From Podarcis filfolensis (Eukaryota), in assembly GCA_964270895.1 (NCBI GenBank), contig OZ185442.1: DNA of 64,000 nt; one strand, written 5' to 3'. A program made the position numbers and the translations under genes. Positions within the stretch are counted from its first letter, which is position 1; each line of letters starts with the position of its first letter. The notes beneath the pieces are model-generated. The model did no database searches. It was not told where the DNA came from and was given only the letters and a program-made list of their open reading frames with translations. Below are positions 49,783-62,819 of this stretch, piece by piece.

Positions 49783-51029
49783 TCTAGAATGTCACTCTGC
49801 CTTGGTGCAGCCTCCTCCCTGTTCCAGAATGGGGCAGGCCTGTATGGATTAAAATCGAATACTGGACACACATGCCCAATTCCAGGTGCCACCTTCAAAA
49901 CACTTACCGGTACCTAAAATTACGGTTGAATTGGATTAATAAATGAATGCAACATACTAGAGCTTAAACGGGGCTCTGGAGATGGTGCAATCAAACTTCT
50001 CGAGATGTCAGCACAGCACTTAGCAGTATTTAACAGTTGCATAATATATGGAAATTCACTTCTGTGTTCCCATGCTGGGAGATATTTCATCTGCTGACAT
50101 TCTGATTGCGTCATGCAGCTATACAAAGCAGAAGAGCCCTGCCAGAGGGGAAAAGTTGGCAACCTTAGTCTCAGCTTTTCCATGGCTTGACCCCTGCACT
50201 TGAAAATGTAGCTTTGTTAAAGGGTCAGAAAAGTCCTTGTCATCCCCCTTCATTGCACTGCAACGGCAGCTATTTAACCAGCTTACACACACCCTAAACT
50301 GTGTTAAATCCAGATACTCAGAAAATCCTGGTAAGTGAATCATTTCTGTTTCTCTTCCCTAAAATCCTGTTTGCTAAAACCCATTCAGTAGATGAGAGAA
50401 TATTTTTTTCGTTGTGAATAAGTGCTCAGGTTCATTCAGTCATTCCTGTTAACTGCCAAACGCGCCCCCTTTCTCCAGCATATAGGATTTCTATGAAAGC
50501 ATGATTTAATTTGCAGTTAATTAACTCATCAAATCATCATTCTGATTAATCAATTAATGCTTTCAGACCCAACCGAGACATTTGTAATTTCTTACGAATA
50601 AAGTGGGCCCTTTTTTAAATTCATATGGCATGGTGATCAGCCGAAGTGAATGACAGGCAGTGTAAGTGATGCTTTGAACTAAAGTACATGGGATGCTCCT
50701 TCAATTAAAGTTTGAAAGCACTAATAGCCATTGATTTGATTCATTCATTAACTACAGATTAAAATGTTGAGTTTACAATCAGAACTCATCCATTGTGGGG
50801 AAAGGGTGAGCAATACATTTAGGCATGAAGCATTGGGGACAAGAGCCTTGGAAGGGTTGCCACAATACTGGAATGTCTCTAAGCATGTACAAAGTGTTTT
50901 TCCATCATTGGTGAGCCTGAAAATAGGCTCTGGTTTGTTTGTTTTTCAAAATGTTGAAATATTCTGCACAGTGGGGAATCTGTGGCAAACAGACTTGGTA
51001 TGGGGGGGGACGTTGGGGCAGTCATTGTG

Positions 51030-51150
51030 ATGCCCTCTAGATGCTGTTGGACTACAACTCCCATGAGCCACAGCTCGGACAATGGTCAGGGATGATAGGA
51101 CTTTTAGTTTAACAGCAACTGGCAGGCAACACATTTGCTACCCCTGGCAA
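51030..51150. mobile_element. Decayed URR1-like MITE
   Basis: gccctctagatgctgttggactacaactcccatgagcc...atttgctacccctg. Confidence 0.7.
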
Positions 51151-51299
51151 GGTGTCAACCGAAATTCAACTACACTCTTTAACAACAGACAATTGAGGGA
51201 CAAACGAAATGGGTGTGTACAGCACAGGCAGAGATGCCTCTAGAATAACTCTCTTAATGATGATGTGTATCTAGGCGGCGGCAGCAGCAGCACCCCACC

Positions 51300-54200
51300 T
51301 CAAATGGTAAAATGGTTTAGTTCCAGGCACCTCTTCATGATCAGAAATAAGCATTCCTGGGGGAAGGAACCATAGCACAGAGGGGTGGGATTGAGCGCGC
51401 TCGCTTCTCCTGCAAAAGTTCCCAGGTGAATGCTTGGGCATCAGCAGTTGCAAAGGGGCCAAGGGATCCCAAATATTGGCTGCGGCTCTTGGTCGCAGAC
51501 AAGCCCCGCGCAAAAACGAGTTTGCAAAAAAGACGAGCTGGTGCCTTCGAAGCGCGCGTAAACTTGGTTGCAGGGTCGCAGGAAACCCCTCACCTTTAAC
51601 AGCTGTGAAAGGCAAGAGTTTAAACGAGCGTCACTCTCCCTCACAACTCTGCAGGGCAAACTTGCTCCGGTGCCCTCCCTCTCCTTTCTTTTCAGGACGG
51701 ATAAAAGAAAGTCCTTCCACTGCGCAGCGGCGCGTTGTTGAACTACGGAACTCGCGCCCGCAGGAGGCAGCGATGATGGCCACCAAATTGGATGGCTTCA
51801 AAAGTGGATTGGACAAATTCGTGGAAGGGGGTAAGGCTATCAATGGCGGCCAGCCACTAAGGTCATGCTCTGCTTCCACAACTGGAGGCAGCAATGCTCC
51901 TGAATACCAGTTGCTGGAAATCACGGGGCTCTTGGGCTCAGTCCTGCTTGCGGGTTTCCTACAGGCATCTGGGTGGCCACTGTGAGAACAGGATGCTGGA
52001 CTAGATGGGCCACTGGCCTGATCCTGCAGGCTTTTTCGGTGTTCTTTTCTCCTTTGCATCAGGTCACACACACACACACCTCCACCTCTTCTCCTTAAAG
52101 GACAATTAACATCCAGGAGAGTCGTCTTAATCCTCCCGTCAATGAAAAGCAAAACAAGTAATCGAGCAACAAAAGATGTTTTTAATTGTTGACAGTCCCA
52201 CTTTTTTTGCTAAGGAACCCCCGGAGACCCTGCTGGAAGGGCAGGCGCAGTTAGGGGCGCGCCCCACCACCACCGCGTGCCAAGGGAGGGGGGGGTCCCC
52301 TTCGAATCCACCGTCTGCTCTAACGGATGTCTGTCTTGGAATCCAGAAATGCCTTCGCATTTGCATTTTGTGTCCTAGACAAAAGAGAATCCCCCTTGTT
52401 TCTCTTGCGAAACCATCCCAGCGTCGAAGGAAAGGGAAAAGGGTCGTGGGGCCGGGGGAGGATTTGTCTTGCTGTAAATCACCCATCCTTGTCTGGGACT
52501 GCTAGCGCCTCCGCCCTGCTTAAGCACATGCGTAACTCTCACCAAAATAAGTGAGACTTATTCGTTTTAGTGGATCGGTGCCAAAAAAATTTTTTAATTG
52601 TTTTACACAGAGGCGTTTGAAAACAGCACATTTTTTTTTAGAAAGACTGAGTGGGCGGGTGTGTCAAAGACGTGGACATAAAGAAAATACGAATTCTTAG
52701 TCTCTCTCTTTCTCACACACCGTTTATGCTATGCAATCAAATGACTCGTGCTTACTTTTTTAAGCGAATCAAGCTTTATTGAGTATATATTATAGATTAT
52801 TTTTTTAAAAAACAACAACATGGATGGATCTGGATATCCTAAGCCAGGATCCCAGAAACGTTGCTCGTGGTTCTTGCTGCGCTTGCCCTTCTTTTTAAAA
52901 AAGCAAGCAAAAGGGAAAAAGAAAAAGAAAAGAGCAATCCCATTTATGCAAAGGCGTCCGCTAGCAAAAACTTCCTAAGGGTGTGTGAAATTGACTAATC
53001 TCTCATGGCTTAATATAAATAGCATTTGCTGTCGCCTCTGGTGGCGTTGCAGGATCCGTGTCTTTCCTCCTCCCTCCCGCTGCCCAGCGAGAGCGCACCG
53101 CGGCTCTGCCAGGCGTTAACTTATTTCTTCCCAAGCGATGGGCAATTGTCTTCTGCAGAGATTTCTCTTCGCTGCTTCTCTCTCCGGCGGGAGAACCATC
53201 TGCAGCTTCCAGCTTTCTGCAAAAAAACAACAACCCTGAGCGCTCTCTCCGTTTGCGTTCAGGCTGGGAAGCGATCAACCCAGAACAGGACGTCCCAGTT
53301 ACAAACTGAGGGAAGCGGGCGCAAACAATATTTTTATTTTTAAGGAACCAAAATTCCTGCAGCTCGGTCCAGGTTGAATAACCTGGTCGGCTTTAGTGGA
53401 TTTAAAAGAAAAATATATATACCTTCAGCTGCAGCTAAAACAGGGTTTGCAGCAGGTGAGGTTTTGCAAACTCCCCACCTGGAAAATCTGCACTGCCCCA
53501 ACCCCCAATTTGATGCCCTCAGTTAGGAAAGAGTTTGGAGACGGCCTCGAAAAGTGGTGCTTAAAAGCCATCTCTCTCCCCCCCCCCTTCCTTCTTCCAG
53601 AAAGGGTGTGTTTGTGTGAGCGCGCGCGCATGTGTATGCCTATGTACAGTATAGTGTGTGTGTGGCCTCAGCAGGATGAAAGCAGAAAACTTATCCAGGG
53701 AAGCTTATATATCCCCTTGGGACTCTTGGGAGGGCTGCGTGTCCGTGCGTGATGCTCTCTAGTTGTCCCTTACGGCCGTGGCGCAAAAGGGAATCGGGAA
53801 GGCGCAAGAGCCACTTTTCCACAACAGCCCCGCGCAGAGGGAGGTCAAGACGCGGCGTTGCCGCCGCCCTTTCCTGGGCACAAAAGTCCAGAGACCGGCA
53901 GGATTGTGTGGCGCTCCTGAGCGCAGTTGGCGAGGTGTCGTGGGCAACTGGCGAATACCTGCCTTTGCTCTGCAAACCGTTTTCATTGGCCAGCCCTTGA
54001 TCTGGGGCTCTTCTGACCTGGCCCCCATTGCACTGATTTACTGGGCGCTTTAGTTCAAGAAGGAGCGCCTCTGGCCAATTGTAGCCTCTGGCCAGTTTTA
54101 GCTTCTCCTGTGTGTGGTGTTTGTGTTAAGGCGCTTGGTGTTTCAAGTACACGCACGCACCTCGCAACAGCTCCTTCCAGACAGCGACTAGGATGACAGG

Positions 54201-54300
54201 GAAAATAATCTGGAGAGGATTGTGAGACGGGATCTGATACAAAGGAAAAAATGAGTTTCTTTTAAGCATCGCTTCCTTTTTTTTTAAGAAAGCGGGGAAT
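51300..54300. promoter_or_regulatory. Distal CpG-rich region about 9-11 kb upstream of the TSHZ3 ATG
   Basis: CpG frequency is visibly higher than in the rest of the desert (e.g. gcgcgc and ccgccgcc runs at 53050-53950). Estimated by eye, not computed. Confidence 0.65.
51720..52045 (+). mobile_element. CR1 3' end (long-3'UTR family), CpG-rich copy
   Basis: ggccaccaaattggatggcttcaaaagtggattggacaaattc...gccactgtgagaacaggatgctggactagatgggccactggcctgatcc. Confidence 0.9.
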
Positions 54301-55420
54301 GGCAGTAATCCAGAGAGGCAAGACAGGCATTGAATCCAAGCAACATTCCCAATTAAAATAAATAAATAAATGAGATACATAAAATCGAACTTTTCCTCTC
54401 CTTGCAGGACTTGCTGAGCCCGTTTGCAAAACCTAAAGGAGTTAAAACAACAACAATTATTTTGCAAAGACCAGCAGAAGGTGGGAAAGGGGGTTGTTAA
54501 AGAATCGCTCAGACTCTCCAGATCAATGGCTTGTGGGGGTCATTTCCGACGTGGAAGTCTTTTGAGACTTGCCCCGCCCCCCTACACCTCTCCACATGCT
54601 GACTGCAAACGGTTTTTAAAAGTTCCAAGCTCTGGATTTCTGGGCTGTTAAAAACTAAAACCCTAAAAACTGTCGGAGTTATAACCACCACCGCTTTAGA
54701 GGCTCGGCAGACAAAACATCTGGTTCGTTGGGGCAAAGTTGCTGGAAAACAGAAAAGAAAACTTTGCTGCCGTGCAAATTCGCTTACCAAAACAATTTAC
54801 ATTCGAGAAAAGGTTCTTAGCCAAAATGAACAAACTTAGTTTCCTTTTTCTTTTTAATTTGTATCCGAGGGCTCTGGGAACCCACAAGTAATTTCCAACA
54901 GAAAATACGTTGTTATTGTTGCTGTTTCATAGCACTTGGGGCAATTTCCCCCAGAGCTCCGCCTCCCACATTTCAGGATTAATGATTACTTTTCTAACTA
55001 TTTCCCCTCCCCATCAATATTTCCACCACCCTTCAAAAAAAGAAAAAAAAACCTGAAGGATGCCATTGGGAAGGAGTGAATAAGGAGCTATGGGAGGCTC
55101 TGTGTTTTTTTTCAAGCCTACAAAAACCTCAGACTTTATGTACATTCATTTCTCCCTTCCTTACTGTTCGTCAAGGAAGGGAGGGGGGGAACACACCCAA
55201 TATTTTCTTTTCCTTCCCTTGGGAGAAATTAAAATTAAACTTGCAATTAAAATCGGGGGAGGGGTGGAACTAGTTGTTGCTTCACCTTAGAACAAAAGAA
55301 AATGTTGGCACAGGAGGGGAAATATTATTACCAAGTTGCTTGTTTTAATAGACAGGCAAGATATATTTATGCTACACACACACGTCCCTGGACCTTGCCA
55401 ATTTCATTCTGCCTTGCCTG

Positions 55421-55423
<3 letters not shown>

Positions 55424-55462
<39 letters not shown>
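55424..55462. repeat. (CA)n microsatellite
   Basis: Direct reading. Other (CA)n/(TG)n tracts at about 33651-33688 and 57184-57216. Confidence 0.97.
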
Positions 55463-55464
<2 letters not shown>

Positions 55465-55704
55465 ATTAGGGAAAAGGGTTCACAGCCTCTTTAAGAATGA
55501 GTATCTGATTCTTAATATTACAAATACAAACTTTCTTGGGGAGATGGTAGGAATCAGATCCCAGTTCAAAAAGGTCGGCCCCCGCCACGCACGCACACGC
55601 ACACGATCATCCCCTTGCAGGCTTCTCAATAACAACACGACTGACTACCTTTGCTCATGACGTTGTTCTGCAATGTATTTCTGCAAAGATTTTCAGCCTC
55701 CAGA

Positions 55705-55706
<2 letters not shown>

Positions 55707-55751
<45 letters not shown>
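55707..55751. repeat. (CT)n microsatellite
   Basis: Direct reading. Confidence 0.97.
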
Positions 55752-55753
<2 letters not shown>

Positions 55754-57182
55754 CTCACAGGCCAAACCTGTCCTCTTTGCAGGATCAGATCCTCAAGTTC
55801 CCTTAAGCCCTTGGCAAATGTACGGCTTTCCCCCCTCTTTTTACTCCCAGTTTTATTTCTCGAGGCCTAAGCAACACTCCTACAAAGAAAGTACGCAATA
55901 CTTCTTGGGTGAACTTTTGATTCCTTCTTAATGACGTTCAACGCGAAACGACCGGGTTAGTGCAAGGATTTGGGGAGGTTAGGTGTTTGGCTGTTTGTGC
56001 TTCCAGCAAGAGAAAAGACGTAGGAACTAAGGCAGGTCCTCTACGAAGCTGGTCCCAGCCAGCAGCGGTGGCAAATCTGCGTCTGCATAGCCATGCCCAG
56101 TTTGGTACCCACGCCTCAAATACCTAAGGATAGATCATCCTTGCCAGATTGTCTGCCGCTGAAAAAGGAGGCAATTTCTTTGGAAGATTTGATCTTTTCG
56201 GAAGCCAAGTCCTTCCGCTAATTCTGCTAAAATCATCAACCTTCCCAATGTTATTTCGACCGTTTTAGGAATACTGGTAATCAAGCTTTCATTACAAATA
56301 AGTTTCTTTTATCTAAAAAAAAGGGGGGGAGTGTATTTGAGAAGTCAACTTTCTTGTGACGTTACAACCCAGCAGGATATTTTCTGCTTTGTTTAATAAA
56401 ACGACAACTTTTCATAGCAAAAAATGTCAAAAGTTCCTTTAAGAAAATATAAATAAATATAAACAGTTATGGGGTAGGTGTGTATAGCCTAGCAGACGTG
56501 ATTCCCTACGGGGGCAAGTCGCCCCCCCCCGAAAGAAGAGGGGTTTTATCTAAAACTGCCATGTTTAGCAGACTGCTTAGTTTCAGACCTGTGCAAAGGT
56601 TGCCCCCCCCCACGCATCTCTCTCCATCTGAGCTACCGAAGTTCTCTGAAATGCTACGCTCATCCCCCAATCCCGAAACGGCAACACCTTAATTAAAACA
56701 ATTGCATTTTACGTCCTTAGTTTCTGATAAGAACCATTAAGAGAGTCTCCTCTTTTTGCAAAAAAAAAATTAAACGCCCCCCCCAAGAACAAGCCAAACT
56801 TGTCAGCCCAAATTCTCCAGCGCCTTCCGTAAGACTCATTCCATATAGAGGTAAACTCTCCCAGGTTTGAGTCTCCGGAACAATTAAGACTAAGGAGGTG
56901 AATTATAAAGGGAATCCTTCCTCTCCTCCCATCTTACATTATAGCTCTCTGGTTTTACCAAAAGAAGGGGGGGGGAGCGAATATTGTTTCTGATACGTGG
57001 GGGAGGAAGATCAAGGTTTTCTCTCTTTTTTCTCTCTACACCTAGCACCCTGGCGGGGGGGATATCCCCTCCCTGCAAATTCAATGCCATTTTGCAGGTA
57101 TTTGACTAATTAAAAAGAAGCAGTTTCACTGGGCCTGCCTTGCTAAAATGCAGATCTTTCTAATTTAATAGCTGCAGGGGAA

Positions 57183-57218
<36 letters not shown>

Positions 57219-58456
57219 GGGGGAACCTGCAAGGGCTAGACGACTTGTAGTGCCCCTCTCTTCCTGTCTAAACTCCTCTGCCTCTTTCCATCCATCCAAT
57301 TCTGGACCACTGTTTAATAGGAAAGTGGTCCATGGCACCGTCAGGATGCAAGAAGAACAGGATTAGAGAATGAGGAGTAGATTGGTTGGGGTGGGGGTCA
57401 CAAGTTTGTGTTGGGTTCTTGTGGTCCTTCAGACACACCAGGGGTTCCTGATGCGACACTCAGCTCAGGGGGAAGTGAATCCAATGAATGGAAGGATCCA
57501 CATTATTTGTGGCGGGGGCGGGAGCTGGAGCGGGGAGCGAGGTCAGAAGGAGGTCCTTTCCCTCCCCAACCCCCGGTTTAAAATTCTGACTTACTACTCA
57601 TTTGCACGCAAAACCGCCTCCCTTCCTGGCCAATAAAACTGCTATTAGCTGGCCGTTCTTCTAATTCTAAAGCACTGTGGCCTGGAAGAAAAAGGAAAGT
57701 TTTGCTTCGGTGCAAAAAGTTAAAGGATCTCTCCCGTTCGGGTTGCAAAACAGGCCTCTATCTCTGTCCGGACCTCATGGCTTTCAGTTACATCTTGTCT
57801 AACCCAGATATCGCCTAGTGTACCCCCGCTCCTTTGGGGAAAAACCCCACAAATACACACACACACACCTCTAATAACCACGAGCGATTCTCACGCTGAG
57901 CAAAAACTCTCAATAATAACAGTCTCAATTGCGCGCGCGCCTTGTTTTGGACACCCGCGCATTCTTCCCTTTAGGATCGTGTGCAGCTCTCTGTAGCTGG
58001 TCACACAAACCCCGTGCGCTTTTACGCGGTTTGACAAGCATGCATTTTGGAAAGCTGCTCCATTTCTCCCGACTTTGTTGGGTCTCTGTCTCTCTGCTCT
58101 CCCCTCCGCCGCCGCTTCAAGACTTTGCGCTCACATTTGCTGCAAAGGCAAGCTGACCCCTTCTTCCCTGCTTAAGTTGCCCCGCGCGCGTGAGTTATTG
58201 GTGCGGAATCTCCCAGCCTCCCGTTCCGCCTGCCCGGCGCTTGCAGTTGCAACGCGCGCATCCCGGGTGACACTGATGGATGCGCCAATGGGGGAGATGG
58301 ACAGATGTTGGGGCGGATCTAACGGCATGCAAAGCCAGAGAAGCAGAGGGAACTCGGAGCATCGGGATTGCGGGGAAATAAAATAGAAAACTCACTCATA
58401 CCTGGTACACACAACCCGCCACCAACCCACCAGCAAAGTCAGAGAGGAAATGTTTC

Positions 58457-58488
<32 letters not shown>

Positions 58489-60353
58489 GGGGGTAGGCTA
58501 AGGGTTTGCTAAGCAAGCCCTTATCGCCTCTCGCAGTGGCCAGATCCTGGATCCTGCAACAGCAAACCGACGCCAATGCAATGGAGCCCAGCGACCCTGG
58601 ACAAGACAACTCACCCTCTTCTGCTCCTAGGCAAGAGAATTAACATTCTCCCACGCTGGCGGTGGCAATTTCCCGAGGACTGCAAAATACTTTTGCTCTC
58701 TCTCTGTTTGTGCATGTGTGTGTCTCATCCTAAGGGACCGTCTCTCTCACCCCTCCCTTTCTTAAAAAAAAGGAAACCATCCAACAACAGCATATTTTTC
58801 CCTCCCCCTGTTACTCTTCAATGCAAAAAAAGAAAAAGAAAAAGTACCTAATCCCTTCCCCCGCACAGCAAAACCCAACATCTGAAAACATCTGTACCGA
58901 GTGAGGGTCTTGGGAGCATCCCAAAATCTTCAAAGACTAGGACAGACTGCAGTGTGTTTCTTAATTTTTTTATAAAAAAACCTTACTGTGAAAAAGTGAG
59001 ATCACACCCTCCCCCCACTCAAAAAAGCACGAGATTACACACAAATTGTTATCATCATCGTCATTTTTTTTTAAAGAGAGGAAAATTCTTTGCTACTGAT
59101 GTTTGCTGCGCTTAAGCAAAAGGATCTGGGTCTCCAGGCGCTTGCCCGGGCATTGCAGGGAGCTGTTATTAAATATCTCTCAGCCACACAAAGAAAAGAG
59201 AGCGGGGAGGAAGAGAGAGAGAAAGAGAAAGGGGGAGGGGGGTGCAATTGGCAGTCGAGAAGGTGCTTGGCTCTACCTTCTGATCCATGTTCATAAAGCA
59301 CTTGAAACGCAGTTAAGAGTCCATCCTCTCTTCTCTGGCTCCCCCTCTTCCCTCCTCCCTCCCTTCCATTCCCTCTGCCGTACCCTATTGCAAGCCAGGA
59401 ACACCCAATCGAACGCGCAGCGCATCGATTCGCCAAGCGCTCTTTTGGCAAGGGATTTCTTTTTCTTTCTTTTTTTCTTTTTTTAAAAAACCCACCCGCC
59501 TAGATCTCTTTCCCCCACCAATGAACTTGGACTTGCAAGGCGGGGTGGGAGCGAGCGAGCGACTGAAAGAGCCTCTTTTAAAAAATAAAATAAAAGATTT
59601 AAGAAGTACGTGGTGTGATGTGTGGTGAAGAAGAAAACCTGGGAGGCTTGTTTCTTTTTGCAATGGACCAAGCTTAGCTGGTCTTTATTATTATTATTAT
59701 TTTTTCTCCTTCCCTTCCCCGTACTGTTTGCAAAGATTTCCTGGGGGACCTTTGCAAAGATGAGGACAGAGACGTGAAGGAAGGCAGGAAGAGGAGAGAG
59801 GGGGAGCGGGAGGGGGGGGAGAGCTCCTAAAGTGGATCCCCTCTGCAGCAAGAAAGAGGATTGCAAGCCGGAAACCTTGGATATATGCTTGCAGGAGCCT
59901 GAAAAAGCACCCAGCAAGGAAGGCTGGTAAGTCAGGGAAGCAGCAATGCTAGAGGGGGGCGTGAATCCCGGAGCGGCGCATGAATGCTGTGGGCCCCAGA
60001 GAGAGAAGCGATTGGAGGGGCGCTGCTGTTTCTTTCCTTTCCTTTTTAATGCTGGGTCCTGGGTGGAGTGTTTTGTTGTGGGGCAGGGGAGAGTTGCACG
60101 TGCAACCCAGCTCCTATTTATGCGTATTCGGATGCAAGTACCACCGACTCCGGCGGAACTTCTTCCCAAGTCAATGTCTCTCTCCTCCCCCCCCCCCGTC
60201 AAAAACCCTTTCCTTTACGTTGGTGGACTCACGAATCCTAAGTCCCGGGACCCCTGATCAAAGCAGCAGGGTCAAGTTTCAAAGGGGCTTGCACCCCCTA
60301 ACAAGGAGTTTGCACCTCTGTTGCTGGACTCCTGCGGTTGACCTATACTGCTA

Positions 60354-60414
<61 letters not shown>
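60354..60414. repeat. (ATT)n microsatellite (about 20 units) inside the promoter domain
   Basis: Direct reading. Confidence 0.97.
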
Positions 60415-60415
<1 letters not shown>

Positions 60416-62089
60416 TTCCAGAGATTTTGGCATGCGGAACACAGTCCTCCAGCCTAGAAAAATACTTTGCCCCTTCTGTGCTCTCTCTCTCCCCCCCCCC
60501 CGAATCCCCCGCCCTGGTGCTGCCACTGAATGGGGGGGGGGAGTTTAGAGGCGCCTGGCGGTGGTTGAAAGGGAAGGGAGCAGGAAGCACCCCTGATAGC
60601 AGAGCTGGGCAGACCTTCTCCCTTCCTCTCCCGCTGGCCTCCCTTGACAGATCTGCTGTCAAGGCCTGGATGACCGGAGGGCGGCCGCGTTTCAGGAGGG
60701 GTGGGCAGGCGGGAGAGGCTGCCTGGAAGAACTCTGGCTCACCCCTTCCCAACCAACACCCCCCCCCGCCTGCCAGCCACCCCCATCCGCATGCCTTCCA
60801 CGCACTTCGCAGACTTTACTTTGCTGGAGGAATTCTCCTCCGAGCTGTAGAGGAAGGAAGATGATGGATTTCTTATCTCTCCCTTTTGGAGAAGAAGAGA
60901 GAAGGATCTCTAAGCCACGGGGTTTTTGTTTAAGGGGGATTCTTTCGAGGGAGTTGTCTGAGAAGGGGAGGGATTGGGACCCTGGAGCAACATAGGGAGG
61001 AGAGGTCAAGAAATGGGAGCCTTCCAGGAATCCCCCCTGGGGATCTTTGGAAGGGATCTGGACTTTGGGTGGGTGGTCTTTGAAGCTCACGAGATGGGCT
61101 TCGTCTCCAAGTTAATTGATCCAGGTGGGATAAGGGGAGACCCAAAGGATGCCTTGGAGAGGTTTAGACGGGGGCTGAGAGGGCGTTTAGGATATTGGGG
61201 GGGGGCGGTATCCCCATCTTTGTCCCATTGGCCTAGATCTGAGATTCCCTCCAGACCTCAGGGCTTTGCAATAGGAGCGGGATCGGAGAGCCCAACCGAG
61301 GTGGGACCCCCAAACTCCTGTCGGGTGATGGGACGAGAAGTCTCAGGTATTTTTCCTGCTCCCAAAAAGAGGTCTGTCTGGGGGGGGGGACAGGGGGTCC
61401 TGCCAATGCTGTCCTGGGGGTTCCCTCTGGTTGTGGAGGTGGGTGGAAACCTAGGAGATGCAGCCCGAGCACAGTGTGTGCGTGGAAAGGTGAGTCTCAC
61501 CTGTGGGACGGGACGAGGAGCCGCTCTTCCTCTCCTCCTCAGCCACTCCTGGGGGTTCAGGCTCCGGGCAGGGACTTCCATGGGATACCCAAAAGGTGGC
61601 TTTCAGAACTCTCACGCGTGGTGGCTGGGGCGAAGTGGGGGGGGGAGAGGAAAGAAGGACGGCCCACCAGTTGGGTTGGGGAAGAGGCATGCTCCTCCCC
61701 TGCTTTCCTTGGGCAGCTTGGCATCTGAGACAACCCCCTGTCCGCTCTGCTGCAGACCGGGCACCCTCGAGATCACTCGCTCTAAGCTGATGGGCGCCGT
61801 CGAGGCTGCGGATTGAATTGAGCGGGGAGGGGACGGGTTGGAGGAGGAGGAGGGATCCTCCCCCCGTCCCTCCTTGTCCCCTCCCCCTCCTCCCGGCTGC
61901 CATCTGGGGAGGGGGAATCCCCTCTCCTCCTGCCTCCCCCCCTCCCCACTCCAGAGCGCTCTTCTTTCGCGCGTGGCCCTTGCTGCGTTGCTGGGCGGCT
62001 GCCGCGCGAGGCGCAAAGAGTTAAGGCGGCAGCGGCAGCTTCGGCGGCAACGGTGATGGGCGCCCCCCTCTCCCTCCCTCTCCCCGGCG

Positions 62090-62819
62090 ACTAGTTGGAG
62101 TCACGCTGCGATCATCTCTTTTTCCCTTCAAGCTTTGCCTGTTGCCTCCGCCGAAGCCGAAGAAGCCGCCGCTCCCTCCGAGCGCCGCTCGCCAAGCCGT
62201 CGGAGCGCCGGGCTGGAGAACTGCAAGGCTGCGCGCGGCGCTTCCAAGAGCCGGCCAGCCGCTCCAGCAGGAACCCCGGAGGGCGCTTGATGCCGTGAGC
62301 TCCCCGAAGAAGACCGGAGGAGGAGGAGGAGAAGGAGGCGCCGCCGCCGCCGTCGGGCCGGGTTGGGGGTGGCTCCCCTCGGAAGGACTCCCCCAGAGGG
62401 CGCCTCCACAGGGCTGGCCCTAGTCCTTGCGCTCCTTGCTGCGGGGCGATCTGTCAAAGTCCCCCCTCCTTCGCTCCTTCGCTCCTTCCCTCCCTCCTTC
62501 CCGCGAGCAGCAGGGCTGTCCTTTGCGCTCCCTTCTCCGGCTGCTGCTCCTGCCTCCGCCTCCTCTTTCTCCTCCTCCTCCTCCTCCTCCTCTTGCACAT
62601 CGTGCATGCCCAGCAGCGGCAGCAGAGGCGGCAGCAACAACAACAAAAAGCTCGCAACGGCAGCGGCAGCCCAGCCTGGAGCGGCTCTCTCCTCCGACCC
62701 GGATCGAGGGAGGCTGAAGCAACTCTGCTCACCCCCAGCCCCCGGCCGGCCACCTCCTCCGCCGCCTCCTCGCCGCCGCCGCCTCCTCCGGGCGCTGCCA
62801 GCGGACGCTGCCTTGCAAC
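62090..62819 (+). other. Probable GC-rich 5'UTR of TSHZ3 exon 1 (TSS not determinable)
   Basis: Contiguous with the ATG. An in-frame TGA at 62715-17 closes the frame upstream of the ATG. The start coordinate is a guess. Confidence 0.45.

Noticed and set aside
49267-49917. 216-aa ORF
   Set aside because: It runs across SINE and DNA-element remnants, has no domain similarity I can recognise and starts at TTG.
50325-50340. Consensus donor CTG|GTAAGT at 50331
   Set aside because: No convincing acceptor or promoter partner. Such hexamers occur by chance every few kb.
53033-53047. CTCF-like cgcctctggtggcg
   Set aside because: It mismatches the highly conserved GGC end of the core motif.
62718-62819. 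In-frame N-terminal extension of TSHZ3
   Set aside because: No ATG lies between the in-frame TGA at 62715-17 and 62820. Only near-cognate ACG/CTG codons are present, with no supporting evidence.
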